NCBI GenBank assembly: GCA_965247095.1
Contig: OZ251997.1
Span: forward strand, 2,208,001 to 2,272,000
Reading direction: 5' to 3'
Length of the DNA: 64,000 nucleotides
Source: Candidatus Multivorans sp.
GTDB taxonomy: Bacteria > Acidobacteriota > Thermoanaerobaculia > Multivoradales > Multivoraceae
In this document: one piece after another, positions 19,065 to 28,591 of the stretch
Position numbering within the stretch: the stretch's first letter is position 1
How the letters are laid out: each line of letters opens with the position of its first letter
Translations under genes and position numbers: made by a program
The notes under the pieces: generated by a model
Told to the model about the DNA's origin: nothing
Database searches by the model: none
The model's input: the letters and a program-made list of their open reading frames with translations, nothing else

Positions 19065-20269
19065 TCGACGGGGCTCGCCGGAGCGACCTCCACATCCAGC
19101 CGCAGGGTCGGGTGCGTTTCCGGCGCCACAATCGCGTTCAGCACTTCGAACGCCATCTCGAAGCTCGTGCGGGATTCGCCGCTGATCGCCAGGTCGAGGT
19201 CGCTGTGCGGCTCGATCCGCATCACCGACGGCGGACCATTGAAGCGGTGGCCACTCACAACACGCAGATCGAAGGCGGCGTCCGACACGTTGGAGAGCCT
19301 GATGTCGATCAACTCGTCGTCCTCGCTGCGTTCGACCTTCGTCAGCAGGAGCGAAGCCTCGATCAGCGGCACCAGAACGTCCTCCCGCCCGATCAGCCAG
19401 TTGGCCAGCCAGGCCACGGTGCGGTTCGCGTGGAGCGCCTGCTTGATCGACTCCGCGCTTCGCTCCTCGGCGAACGCCAGGGTCACCGTGCGGTGGTCGC
19501 CCTCGTGGATGTCGTACTCCCAGTCGATCAGGCCGTGAATGTCCGAGACGCCGAGGATCGCCAGATCGAGGTCCAGTGCGATCTGCAGGGCCTCGGCCGA
19601 ATAGAAGTCCCCGTTCGCCACCTCGATGCCGTGGAGCAGACCGTCGGCGACGAGCCCCCGATGCATGTCGGTCAGTCTCGCCACGCCGTCCGGGCGCTGC
19701 CGGGGCCAGTTCGGGTGATTCCAGAACACGAAGGCGCCCTGCCGGTTGGCCTCCTCGATCCCCTGCTGCGCCTCCCGCTCGCTCGCTTCCTGCTCCGCGG
19801 CCGTGGAGGGCCGGAGGCGAGTCATGTAGTCCACCCCGCCGGTCCTCACCAGGAGCGCGTTCGCATCCGTGATGAACACGGCGTTGACGTGGCCGGGCGG
19901 CATGCTGCGGGTGATCTCCGCGCCGTTGACCACGATCACCTCCGACTCCTCCTCCGCGGCGTACTCGCTGGCGACGACGTAGGACCGGTTCCTGTCCGGG
20001 TGCGGGATGTCCTCCCGCCGCGGCTGGTACTCCAGGTGTTCGGTGACCGCCATCAGCGTGAGCCCGTCCCGCTCGGACTCCTGCATGCGGATGACCGGCC
20101 ACACCATGCCGTCCGAGAACACGGAATGCGTGTGCAGATCGACTGTGAACGTGCGGTAGCCGTCGACATCGGGGAACTCGATGGCTCGCTCCTGCGCCGA
20201 GGCGGCCGACGCAGCCGCCAGGACCGCAACGGAGAGGATGAGTGTCCATGTGGCCCGTCGATTCGTCAT
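19061..20269 (-). CDS. Secreted PHP-domain phosphodiesterase-like protein, paralog 2
   Basis: MTNRRATWTLILSVAVLAAASAASAQ signal; DLHTHSVFSDG, TEH, WNHP, SDIHG. Confidence 0.85.
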   Translation of the reverse strand: MTNRRATWTLILSVAVLAAASAASAQERAIEFPDVDGYRTFTVDLHTHSVFSDGMVWPVIRMQESERDGLTLMAVTEHLEYQPRREDIPHPDRNRSYVVASEYAAEEESEVIVVNGAEITRSMPPGHVNAVFITDANALLVRTGGVDYMTRLRPSTAAEQEASEREAQQGIEEANRQGAFVFWNHPNWPRQRPDGVARLTDMHRGLVADGLLHGIEVANGDFYSAEALQIALDLDLAILGVSDIHGLIDWEYDIHEGDHRTVTLAFAEERSAESIKQALHANRTVAWLANWLIGREDVLVPLIEASLLLTKVERSEDDELIDIRLSNVSDAAFDLRVVSGHRFNGPPSVMRIEPHSDLDLAISGESRTSFEMAFEVLNAIVAPETHPTLRLDVEVAPASPVE

Positions 20270-20355
20270 GTCGGATTCCTCGCCTGGTTGGGGATTGGAT
20301 GGGAAGTCGCTGCCGAGGATAGCCGCCGCAAGCGGCTCGCCGATCGACCCTGGCG

Positions 20356-21351
20356 TCAAGAGACGGCGTCCGCGCTCCGGCGCCGCCGCCAAACGTCGCT
20401 CGCCACCGCCAGCAGGATCGCGACGCCGGTGATGATCCGCTTGGTCGGCTCGGTGGCGCCGGCCTGGGCGAGCCCCGTCTGCAGCACGGCGATCACCAGC
20501 ACGCCGAGAAGCGTGCCCGTCACCGATCCCCGCCCGCCGAGAAGCGACGTGCCGCCGATGACCACCGCCGCGATCGCCGACAGCTCCATTCCGATGGCGG
20601 CGTTCGGATCCGCCGACTGCAGGTAGCCGACCTGGCAGAGGCCGGCGGCCGCCGCCAGCACCCCCCCGAGCGTGAACACCGCGAACTGCACCCGGGCGGG
20701 CCGAACCCCGCAGCGGTGGAGCGCCGAAAGGTTGCCGCCGACCGCAAAGACCCACCGCCCGAAGGAGGTGCGCGAGAGGACGAACTGCAGCGCTCCCACC
20801 AGGGCGAGCGAGCCGATGAAGGCAGCGGAGAGGCCGAGCACCGGCGTCGTCGCGCCGAGCGCCGAGACCCGGTCGCCCAGGTAGCTCGTCTTCGACGCGG
20901 TGACGAGGTAGGTCGAGCCGCGGGCGATCTCCAGCATGCCGAGGGTGACCAGGAAGGACGGAATCGACCAGCGCGCGACCAGGGCGCCGTTGATCGCGCC
21001 GCACAAGGCACCGACAGCGAGAGCAGCCAGCGCCGCCAGCACCAGGGGGAACCCCTGATCCACGGTCAGGACGCCCAGCACGGCCGCGGCCAGGGCCAGC
21101 ACCGACCCGACCGAGAGATCGATGCCGCCCGCGATCAGCACCAGCGTCAGGCCTGCCGACGCAACGACCAGGGGCGGCAACTGGTTCGCCAGGGTGCGGA
21201 ACGTCAGCGCGCTCCAGAAGTGGTCGGTGACCAGACCGAACGCGACGCAAAGGGCCAACAGGACGAGCACCAGTCCGCCCCTGTAACCCAGGACGAACCG
21301 CGGAAGAGCCAAACCGGATCCCGGCGCCGGCCCCCGGGAACCCGTCGTCAT
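20356..21351 (-). CDS. Sugar ABC transporter permease (RbsC-like)
   Basis: GGIDLSVGS, IPSFLVTLG, ELSAIAAVVIGGTSLLGGRG; TGATG coupling to the binding-protein gene. Confidence 0.9.
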   Translation of the reverse strand: MTTGSRGPAPGSGLALPRFVLGYRGGLVLVLLALCVAFGLVTDHFWSALTFRTLANQLPPLVVASAGLTLVLIAGGIDLSVGSVLALAAAVLGVLTVDQGFPLVLAALAALAVGALCGAINGALVARWSIPSFLVTLGMLEIARGSTYLVTASKTSYLGDRVSALGATTPVLGLSAAFIGSLALVGALQFVLSRTSFGRWVFAVGGNLSALHRCGVRPARVQFAVFTLGGVLAAAAGLCQVGYLQSADPNAAIGMELSAIAAVVIGGTSLLGGRGSVTGTLLGVLVIAVLQTGLAQAGATEPTKRIITGVAILLAVASDVWRRRRSADAVS

Positions 21352-22301
21352 CAGCCGCCGGGCGCCGCGATCACGTCGACCGGGGTCTGACGGTCCTGGG
21401 CTTCCCCACCGCCCAGGATCTCGAGCGCCGCCTCGATCCCGAACACCGCGAGTTGATCGGCGTGCTGGTCGGCGGTGGCGAGGATCTCGCCCTGATCCAC
21501 GAGTTCCGCCACCGCGTCGATGTGGTCGAAACCGACGATCAGCACGTCGTCCCGGCCGCTCTGCCGGCGCGCCGCCAGCGCTCCGAGCGCCATCTGATCG
21601 TTCGCGCACAGGAGCGCCCGCAAATCGGGGTGCTCCCGCAGCATGGCGGCCGCGACGACGTTCGCCTGCGCCTGCTCCCAGCCGCCGCTCTGGACGTCGA
21701 CGATCTCGGCGCCGGCCGCGTTCATCGCCTCCTCGAAGCCGGCCTGGCGTTGCTGGGCGTTGAAGGCGGTGGGTATGCCGCCGATGATCGCCACCTGATC
21801 GCCCGGTTCGAGCCGCGCCGCCAGCACCTCGCCTACCCGGCGGGCGCCATCGCGGTTGTCGGGGCCCACGAAGGCCGCGTTGAGACCCACCCCGGCCGTC
21901 ACTTCCGCGTCCAGGCGGTTGTCGATGTTGACGACCACGACCCCACTCCCCTGGGCGCGTGCCAGAGCCGGCGCCAGGGCCTTCGAATCCGCCGGCGCAA
22001 TCACGATCGCATCGCTGCCGGAGGCCACCATCTGCTCGACCAGGGCGACCTGCTGGGCCAGGTCACTCTCGTTGCGGGTGCCGTTGACCACGAGGTCGTA
22101 GTCGCCGGCGTGGGCCTCGTGGTGCGCACGGGCGCCCTCGGCCATCGTCTCGAAGAACTCGTTGGCCAGGGACTTCATGACCAGGGCGATCTGGGGCCGC
22201 GCGACGTCTTCGACGCCGGGCCGGTCGCCGCCACAGCCGGCTACCAGCAGAGCGGCACTCAACAGGACCAAGAAGGTGTCACGGAGGTTCGCGTTTGCCA
22301 T
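21351..22301 (-). CDS. Sugar ABC transporter substrate-binding lipoprotein (RbsB-like)
   Basis: LVAGC lipobox, MKSLANEFF, ANDQMALGA, VGFD. Confidence 0.9.
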   Translation of the reverse strand: MANANLRDTFLVLLSAALLVAGCGGDRPGVEDVARPQIALVMKSLANEFFETMAEGARAHHEAHAGDYDLVVNGTRNESDLAQQVALVEQMVASGSDAIVIAPADSKALAPALARAQGSGVVVVNIDNRLDAEVTAGVGLNAAFVGPDNRDGARRVGEVLAARLEPGDQVAIIGGIPTAFNAQQRQAGFEEAMNAAGAEIVDVQSGGWEQAQANVVAAAMLREHPDLRALLCANDQMALGALAARRQSGRDDVLIVGFDHIDAVAELVDQGEILATADQHADQLAVFGIEAALEILGGGEAQDRQTPVDVIAAPGG

Positions 22302-22399
22302 GGCGCGCTACAGCGTACTGGAAGAAACTTCCCCGCCTACGGCGAAGGCCGGGACTGGGTGCGCCAGCGTCCCCGCCGGCCTCCGGTAGTTCCGCCGCG

Positions 22400-23614
22400 C
22401 TAGCCGATCGCGAGCCCTACAGCGTCTCCAAACGCCCCCAGCGCACTCTCCGCCGCCGCACGATCCGCCGCCGGCGGCTGCGCCCCATCCGCCTCATAGC
22501 GCAGCGCCAGCACGTCGAGCCGCCCCTGCCGGCGGTGCGCCTTGAGGTCGTAGCGCGCCACCAGCCGGTCGCCCGCCAGCACCGGCAGGCAGTAGTAGCC
22601 GTAACGGCGCTTCGAAGCCGGCTTGAAGATCTCCAGGATCTGGTCGAAGCCGAACAGTTGCGCCACCCGCTTCCGGTCCCAGAGCACCGGGTCGAACGGC
22701 GACAGAAGGACGCCCCGGTCGGGCGACGGGCGCACCCGACGCAGGCGGGCAGCGAGTTCCAGGTCCGCCGCGCGCACCCACCCGGGCCGCCGCTTTCCGT
22801 CGGCGGCGATCAAGTCACACGGAACCGCCTCCCCCACCGACGCCAGGTCCTCCAGCGCGGCCCTGATTCCTGGCCGCACGTTCTTGAGACGCCACGTGTC
22901 GGCCAGGGTGCCGATCGTCGCCCAGCCGTGACCCTTGAGCGCACGCAGGATCAACGCCCGAAACGACTCCTCGAGGCTCCACTTCTGCCGGCGCCACTGT
23001 TCCGGGATCACCCGTTCGGGCAGGTCGAACGTGCGCTGGAAGTTCCGGCGCGACCGGATCGCCAGTTCGCCCGTCGACCAAAGCGAGTAGGCGACCCAAC
23101 GCTCCCGCTTCGACCGCCACATCTCGCCCATCATCGGCCCCCCGAGGTCGAGCGACCGCATCGGGCCCTCCGCCTCGACCCGGCGCAGGATCGCTTCCGC
23201 GACGTCCGGATGCTCACGTATCCCGCGATCCGCCCAGGTCTTTCCGCTCCGGTACTTCTCGCGCCGGAAACCGAACGCCGGGTACAGGTCGATCGGAATC
23301 CAGCTCGCCTCGTGGCCCCAGTACTCGAAGATCGGCGCGCCGGGTTGCAGGAGTTCCTCGGGCAGGTTCCGGTCGATTCCAGGCCAGCGGGACAGCGGCA
23401 CGAGTGCATGGGTCCTGGCCCCGGCAATCGAGATCGTGTCGAGTTGGAGGTAGCCGAAGCGCTCGATCAGGGCGAAGAGCGCGCGGCGGGCGCGCAGGCC
23501 GCGGCCGCCAGCCGATCGCGGCAGTCCCGTCCATTCGGGCTTGAGCAGCCCCGCCCGCGCCAGCGCCAGACGGCGGGCGTCGCGGACGGTGATCTCGAGA
23601 GCCGTAGCGGGCAC
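22400..23614 (-). CDS. YcaQ/AlkZ-family DNA crosslink-repair glycosylase (winged helix)
   Basis: LQLDTISI (QxD), FEYWGHEA, LLSPFDPVLWDR, KRRYGYYCLPVL. Confidence 0.88.
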   Translation of the reverse strand: MPATALEITVRDARRLALARAGLLKPEWTGLPRSAGGRGLRARRALFALIERFGYLQLDTISIAGARTHALVPLSRWPGIDRNLPEELLQPGAPIFEYWGHEASWIPIDLYPAFGFRREKYRSGKTWADRGIREHPDVAEAILRRVEAEGPMRSLDLGGPMMGEMWRSKRERWVAYSLWSTGELAIRSRRNFQRTFDLPERVIPEQWRRQKWSLEESFRALILRALKGHGWATIGTLADTWRLKNVRPGIRAALEDLASVGEAVPCDLIAADGKRRPGWVRAADLELAARLRRVRPSPDRGVLLSPFDPVLWDRKRVAQLFGFDQILEIFKPASKRRYGYYCLPVLAGDRLVARYDLKAHRRQGRLDVLALRYEADGAQPPAADRAAAESALGAFGDAVGLAIG

Positions 23615-23632
23615 GCGTGGACTTGGGTCGGA

Positions 23633-24811
23633 CTACCGACCGGGGGTCGAGCCAGCCGCCAGGGCCTCCGCCAGGCGGCGACTGGCGACTTCGCCGTCCC
23701 CGAGTGAGCCGGCCCGCTCAGCGCGCTCGGCCACGCCCCGGTAGTAGTCGGCGTGGCGGGCCAGATCCTCACGGTTGACCAGCATTGGGTTGTCCTGCAG
23801 GCCGCGGAGCCAGGCGTGGTAGGCGAGGCCGGCCTTGTAGTGGCGGGTCGGCGGCTGGAAGATGAAGCGCGCGAGTTCCTCGGCGGGGGCCATCAGCTCG
23901 CGGTAGCGCTCGACATCGCCGTCGCCGAGCGCGCGAAGCGCCTTCGCCGCCGGCGCGGCGACCGCGTCGAAGGCGCCGAGCAGGGCGTGGCTGAAATCGC
24001 CCACGGCCACCCTGCGGCCATTCAGGTCGAACGACCCGTGGATCCTGGATGCCCCGGACTGCCCTTCCCCTTCCAGCAACTGAGCCCCTTCGAGAAGCCG
24101 GGCGAAGTGATGGTCGTCTCCTGTCAGCACGATCTGGCCCCGCACGGCGATCCGCCGGCGGAGCCGCACCTCGAACTCTTCGTCCAGCAGCGAGAGCTTG
24201 ACTCCGCGCACCTTCTCCGGTTGCCGGGCGAGGATGCGCTCCAGGCTGTTGCCCGGGAAGTAGCCGCGCATCGCCGGGTGGAACATCTCGCCCAGCCAGT
24301 GCAGGAACAGCGGCCCCTCGAGTTGATCGATGATCGCGCCGTACACATCCACGTACTCCCTCTCGGAGGCGCCCCTCGCCGCGAGCTGCTCCATCGGCAA
24401 CACAACGGGCACGCCGCCCAGCCCGTCGATGAACTCTGCCTGTTCCACCACCGCGTCGATCAGTTCGGACGTGCTCGCAATCGCATCGACCTGATCGCTG
24501 CCGGCGCCCGCGACGAAGCCGTTTCGCAGTTCGAGGGAGGCGCAGAGTTCGATCAACCGTCGAGCGCTCGGCCAACCGATCTCGAACCGCTGGGCCGTAT
24601 CCATCGCCTCGGCGACGCCGAAACCGAGCGAGTCCACCCAGCGGCGGAGGCCAGCCGTGGCCTCCCAGTCGATCCACTCCTCGATCTCTTCCGGCGCGCC
24701 CGGACGGTCGACCGAGTGCCCGGCCTCCGCGTAGTCGTGCCGAACGACGACATGGAGCGCGGCGTAGCAGAGCCGCGGCAACGACGGATCGGTATGCGAG
24801 GCGGCGCTCAC
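23633..24811 (-). CDS. DUF993-family (DHDPS-like aldolase fold) protein
   Basis: YAALHVV, IDWEAT, GVAEAMDTAQR, LHWLGEMF, TGDD, FSHALLG, YKAG; GTGA overlap with upstream gene. Confidence 0.85.
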   Translation of the reverse strand: MSAASHTDPSLPRLCYAALHVVVRHDYAEAGHSVDRPGAPEEIEEWIDWEATAGLRRWVDSLGFGVAEAMDTAQRFEIGWPSARRLIELCASLELRNGFVAGAGSDQVDAIASTSELIDAVVEQAEFIDGLGGVPVVLPMEQLAARGASEREYVDVYGAIIDQLEGPLFLHWLGEMFHPAMRGYFPGNSLERILARQPEKVRGVKLSLLDEEFEVRLRRRIAVRGQIVLTGDDHHFARLLEGAQLLEGEGQSGASRIHGSFDLNGRRVAVGDFSHALLGAFDAVAAPAAKALRALGDGDVERYRELMAPAEELARFIFQPPTRHYKAGLAYHAWLRGLQDNPMLVNREDLARHADYYRGVAERAERAGSLGDGEVASRRLAEALAAGSTPGR

Positions 24812-26301
24812 GAGGCCGCCGCCTCGCGCTTGATTTCCTTGATCCGGGCAAACTCGGGGCTCTGCCGGTAGTGCTCGTCCAGCGGGTAGCAGCCGCTGAC
24901 CATGTTGTTGCGCGGCCCCGTCGTGCAGTCGCTGAACGTCCGGCAGATACGCCGGCGCTCGAGCGGTCGTCCCGCCAGCACGTCCGCCGGCAGCCCGGGG
25001 TAGGCCAGGACCATCCGGCCCAGGCCCACGAAGTCGACGTGGCCGGCGCCGACCTCGGCCTCGGCGACATGGGGCAACCAGTCCTGCAGGTAGCTGTAGC
25101 CGGTCCCCACAAGGGGCAGTCGCGGGAACGCGGCGCGCACCGTGCGCACCGCGGCGAGCTGACGGAGCACCGAACGGAGCGGATCCTCGGGTGGCTGATA
25201 GCCGTCGGACGCCGGGTACGCGGCCGGCCGCGACAGGTGCGGACAACTGTAGGGCGAACCCATCGTCACGTTGACGATCTCGACTCCGGCCTCGACCAGG
25301 AGCCCGATGTAGCTGATCGCCTCGGCGCAGGTCGGTTCGGGCAGGGCGCAGTTCGAGGGATGGACGCCGAAGGCGAGACCGGCGGGGCCCGGACCTGACG
25401 CATCGCTGTCGGCGAAGGCGCCCACATCGGGCATGCCCACACCGGCGCCGTCGGCCGCGAACGGCGCCACATCGCCGACCGACAACCGCACCCCGATGCC
25501 GAGACCCGGACACGCGGAGCGCACCGCCGCGATGATCTCGAGCGACAGCCGCACCCGGTTCTCGAACGAGCCGCCGTACGGCCCCGGCCGGGTACGCGCG
25601 CCGAGCAGCTCGTGCAGCAGGTAGCCGTGGCAGCACTTGATATCGACGAATTCGTAGCCGGCACGCTCGGCACAGCGCGCGGCGCGGACGTAGGCGCCGA
25701 CGATTGCCTCCAACTGCTGGTCGCTGACCAGGGGCCGCTCGGCGGCCTTGCCGAGCCGACCGTCGAGCACCGGATGGACCTGCGCCCGCAACGGTCGCGG
25801 CGGCGCCGGCGGCGGATCGGGCCGCGACAGCCGGCCCGAGTGCGTCAACTGCAGGCCGATGACCGGTCGGTTTCCCCCGACCCCGCTGTCAGCGTGGCCG
25901 GCGAGGATCTCGCGACGCAGCTTCTCCATCCAGGCCGTGCACTCGTCCCGGCGCTCTGCGTCCACGCAGAGCTGATTCGGGTTCGCGCGACCCTCGGGGA
26001 CGACGGCAACCGCCTCCCCGCCCCAGACCAGCTTCGCGCCGCTCAGGCCGAAGCGTCGCCAGCGCCGACGCGTCAGGCCGCTGGGACTGCCGTCCCGATT
26101 CCCGTCCCAACCCTCCATCGGATGGACCGCGAATCGGTTGCCCGCTTCGCGGCCGAAGATCGTCAACGGTCGCGCCAACGGTCCTTCCGGTCCGAGCAAC
26201 TCCTCGCAGCAGTCGAAGGCCGGATCCAGGCTCCGCAAATGCTCCCGGAAGGCCGCAGCGGTCCTATGGTGGCCCGGAGGCGTGTAGCGCCGGCTCAACA
26301 A
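24808..26301 (-). CDS. NADH:flavin oxidoreductase (old yellow enzyme family)
   Basis: NRFAVHPMEGWD, LQLTHSGR, KCCHGYLLHELL, YGGSFENR, GLGR, CRTFSDCT. Confidence 0.9.
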   Translation of the reverse strand: MLSRRYTPPGHHRTAAAFREHLRSLDPAFDCCEELLGPEGPLARPLTIFGREAGNRFAVHPMEGWDGNRDGSPSGLTRRRWRRFGLSGAKLVWGGEAVAVVPEGRANPNQLCVDAERRDECTAWMEKLRREILAGHADSGVGGNRPVIGLQLTHSGRLSRPDPPPAPPRPLRAQVHPVLDGRLGKAAERPLVSDQQLEAIVGAYVRAARCAERAGYEFVDIKCCHGYLLHELLGARTRPGPYGGSFENRVRLSLEIIAAVRSACPGLGIGVRLSVGDVAPFAADGAGVGMPDVGAFADSDASGPGPAGLAFGVHPSNCALPEPTCAEAISYIGLLVEAGVEIVNVTMGSPYSCPHLSRPAAYPASDGYQPPEDPLRSVLRQLAAVRTVRAAFPRLPLVGTGYSYLQDWLPHVAEAEVGAGHVDFVGLGRMVLAYPGLPADVLAGRPLERRRICRTFSDCTTGPRNNMVSGCYPLDEHYRQSPEFARIKEIKREAAAS

Positions 26302-26371
26302 GAGGACCCGAGCGAGAAAGGACCCCGCCCGACCCGTCCGCCGGAGGACTCAGGTGGACGGCGAGCGACAA

Positions 26372-26395
26372 TCTGGTACCAGACCGCGGTATCAT
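26372..26395 (+). promoter_or_regulatory. Putative hicAB operator and -10 box
   Basis: Perfect palindrome TCTGGTACCAGA (26372-26383), related half-site GGTATCA, TATCAT 7 nt before the hicA GTG. Confidence 0.6.
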
Positions 26396-26402
26396 TTCGC
26401 CG

Positions 26403-26657
26403 GTGCGGAGGAAGCATCGTCGAACTCTGGAGGCAATCTCAAACGTCCAAGCGGATCTTGACTGGAACGATATCGAAGGGCTGTTTGTGGAACTGGGAGC
26501 CGAGATCAGAGAACGGGCAGGTTCCCGGGTGCGCTACCGGTTTCCCGACGGCACCCGCGCAGTCTTCCACAGGCCCCACCCTTCGAATCGGACCGGGCGG
26601 GCGACGGTTCGGGCGATTCGGGACCTGCTGAAGCGGATGGGAGTACGGCAGCCATGA
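26403..26657 (+). CDS. hicA: HicA toxin
   Basis: WNDIEGLFVELGAEIRERAGSRV..FHRPHP; 84 aa. Confidence 0.9.
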   Translation: MRRKHRRTLEAISNVQADLDWNDIEGLFVELGAEIRERAGSRVRYRFPDGTRAVFHRPHPSNRTGRATVRAIRDLLKRMGVRQP

Positions 26658-26986
26658 TGGAGTACAAGGGCTACTTGGGGAAAGTCGAGGTCGAAGACGA
26701 CGAGTTCTACGGCGTCGTCGTCAATCTCCACCGCGACCACGTGGACTTCCGCGGCCGATCGATCGACGAAGTCCGAGAGGCCTTTCACGACTCAGTCGAC
26801 TTCTATCTGAATGGCTGCGAGGAAGACGGCGAGGAACCAGAGAGGCCGTTCTCGGGCCGGTTCGTCGTGCGCCTCCCTCCCTCAACGCACCGCCGGGCGA
26901 GCACTCTCTCCCGAGTAGAGAACCGGAGCTTGAACGCGGTGGTCACGGAAGCAATCGAGGCCTACTTGGCCGACCGCGGCCTATAG
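26654..26986 (+). CDS. hicB: HicB antitoxin
   Basis: MEYKGY..F.G.S..E...AF..SVD.YL..C....EPERPFSGRF.VR..SLN; ATGA overlap. Confidence 0.92.
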   Translation: MMEYKGYLGKVEVEDDEFYGVVVNLHRDHVDFRGRSIDEVREAFHDSVDFYLNGCEEDGEEPERPFSGRFVVRLPPSTHRRASTLSRVENRSLNAVVTEAIEAYLADRGL

Positions 26987-26995
26987 CCCAGCGAC

Positions 26996-28546
26996 CTACA
27001 GTCCGCCTCGGGCACCCTCCGGCGGCCGCCAGGGCTCCGGTCCGTCCGGCAGCGCGCTCAGGAACTCCGCGCCGACCTCCCCGTACCAGGCGTGGAGCCT
27101 CTCCCGCATCGCCGCGACGCGCTCGGGTTGCTCGGCCGCCAGGTCGTTCCGCTCGCCCACATCGGCTTCCAGGTCGTACAGGTGGACCTGGCCGTCCTCG
27201 TAGCGTTCGATCAGCTTGTAGCGGCCGCGTGCGATCGCGCCGCCCGGGAAGCCGCCCTGGTGGCCGTAGTGGGGGTAGTGCCAGAACAGGTCTCGTTCCC
27301 CGGCCGAAGCGGTCGCCGTTTCGGCGACCTCGCCGCCGCGCAGCACGTCGAGGAAGCTCACGCCGTCGATCTCGACCTCGGGAGACGGGTCGATCCCTGC
27401 AGCTTCGAGCAGGGTCGGATAGAAGTCCGTGCTGATGACAGGCGCCTCTGTCACGCCGCCCGCCGGCGCCACGGCCGGCCACCGGACGATCATCGGCTCA
27501 CGGATGCCGCCCTCGTACAGCCAGCCCTTGCCGCCCCGGAGCGGCAGGTTCGAGGTCGGGAACATCTCGGACGTAGACAGGCCGCCGTTGTCCGAGAAGA
27601 AGACGACGATCGTGTTCTCGGCCAGGGCCAGAGCGTCGAGGCGGTCGAGGATGCGACCGACGCTCGTATCCAGGCTCTCCACCATCGCCGCGTAGACGGG
27701 GTGGTTCTGGACCTCGCGAACACGGCGCGGCTCGTCGCGAGGCCAGATCTGCTCCTCGAACCCCAGGTCGTCGGGATCGGCCGGCGCCCCCGGTTCGACA
27801 CCGGCCTTCGCCGCGTACTTCGCGATCAGGTCGGCCGGAACCTGCAGCGGCGTGTGGACGGTGTAGTACGAGAGGTAGAGCAGGAAGGGCCTGCCTTCCT
27901 CGTCCGCCGCGTAGCCATCGAACAGGTCCAGCGCCTCGTCGGTCAGCCGTTCGGTGAGGTACTCGCCCTCGGGCCCGTCCTCGAGCCTCGGGTTCGAGTA
28001 GGGCGAGAAGTAGCTACTGGGCCTCCCCCGAACGTAGCCGCCGACGTTCACGTCGAAACCCTGTGCCTCCGGCCAGAACTCCTCCGTCGGCCCCAGGTGC
28101 CACTTGCCGAGGAAGGCCGTGTTGTAGTCGCCGTCCCGCAAGGCCTCGGCAAGCGTGTACTCCTCGACCGGCATCCAGTCGTTCAGCGGCGCCGGCGCGA
28201 AGTTCTCCACGCGGCGGCCGGGGAACCAGTTCGTAGCTCCCACCCGGGTCGGGTAGCGACCCGTCATGATGCTGAACCGCGTGGGACTGCACACCGGGTT
28301 CGCGGCGTAGCCGCGGTTGAAGCGCACGCCGCCGGCCGCCAACCGGTCGATGTTCGGGGTCTCGTAGAACGTGTCGGGATTGAAGGCGCCGACGTCCATG
28401 ACCCCGAGATCGTCGACCAGGAGGAAGACGATGTTCGGCGGTTCCGCGGGCAGTTCTCCGGATCCGCCGTCGTCGACCGGACCCGTGCAGGCAAAGGCCA
28501 CCATCGTCGACGCCGCCAGACTCCAGACCCTGCCACTGGTGCTCAT
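26996..28546 (-). CDS. Arylsulfatase-family sulfatase (lipoprotein), paralog 1
   Basis: PNIVFLLVDDLG, CSPTR formylglycine motif, GKWHLG, SDNGG, YEGGIR. Confidence 0.93.
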   Translation of the reverse strand: MSTSGRVWSLAASTMVAFACTGPVDDGGSGELPAEPPNIVFLLVDDLGVMDVGAFNPDTFYETPNIDRLAAGGVRFNRGYAANPVCSPTRFSIMTGRYPTRVGATNWFPGRRVENFAPAPLNDWMPVEEYTLAEALRDGDYNTAFLGKWHLGPTEEFWPEAQGFDVNVGGYVRGRPSSYFSPYSNPRLEDGPEGEYLTERLTDEALDLFDGYAADEEGRPFLLYLSYYTVHTPLQVPADLIAKYAAKAGVEPGAPADPDDLGFEEQIWPRDEPRRVREVQNHPVYAAMVESLDTSVGRILDRLDALALAENTIVVFFSDNGGLSTSEMFPTSNLPLRGGKGWLYEGGIREPMIVRWPAVAPAGGVTEAPVISTDFYPTLLEAAGIDPSPEVEIDGVSFLDVLRGGEVAETATASAGERDLFWHYPHYGHQGGFPGGAIARGRYKLIERYEDGQVHLYDLEADVGERNDLAAEQPERVAAMRERLHAWYGEVGAEFLSALPDGPEPWRPPEGARGGL

Positions 28547-28591
28547 CGGTCAAAGCCTACCGCCAGCATCGAACCGGGGCCGTGCCAGCAG

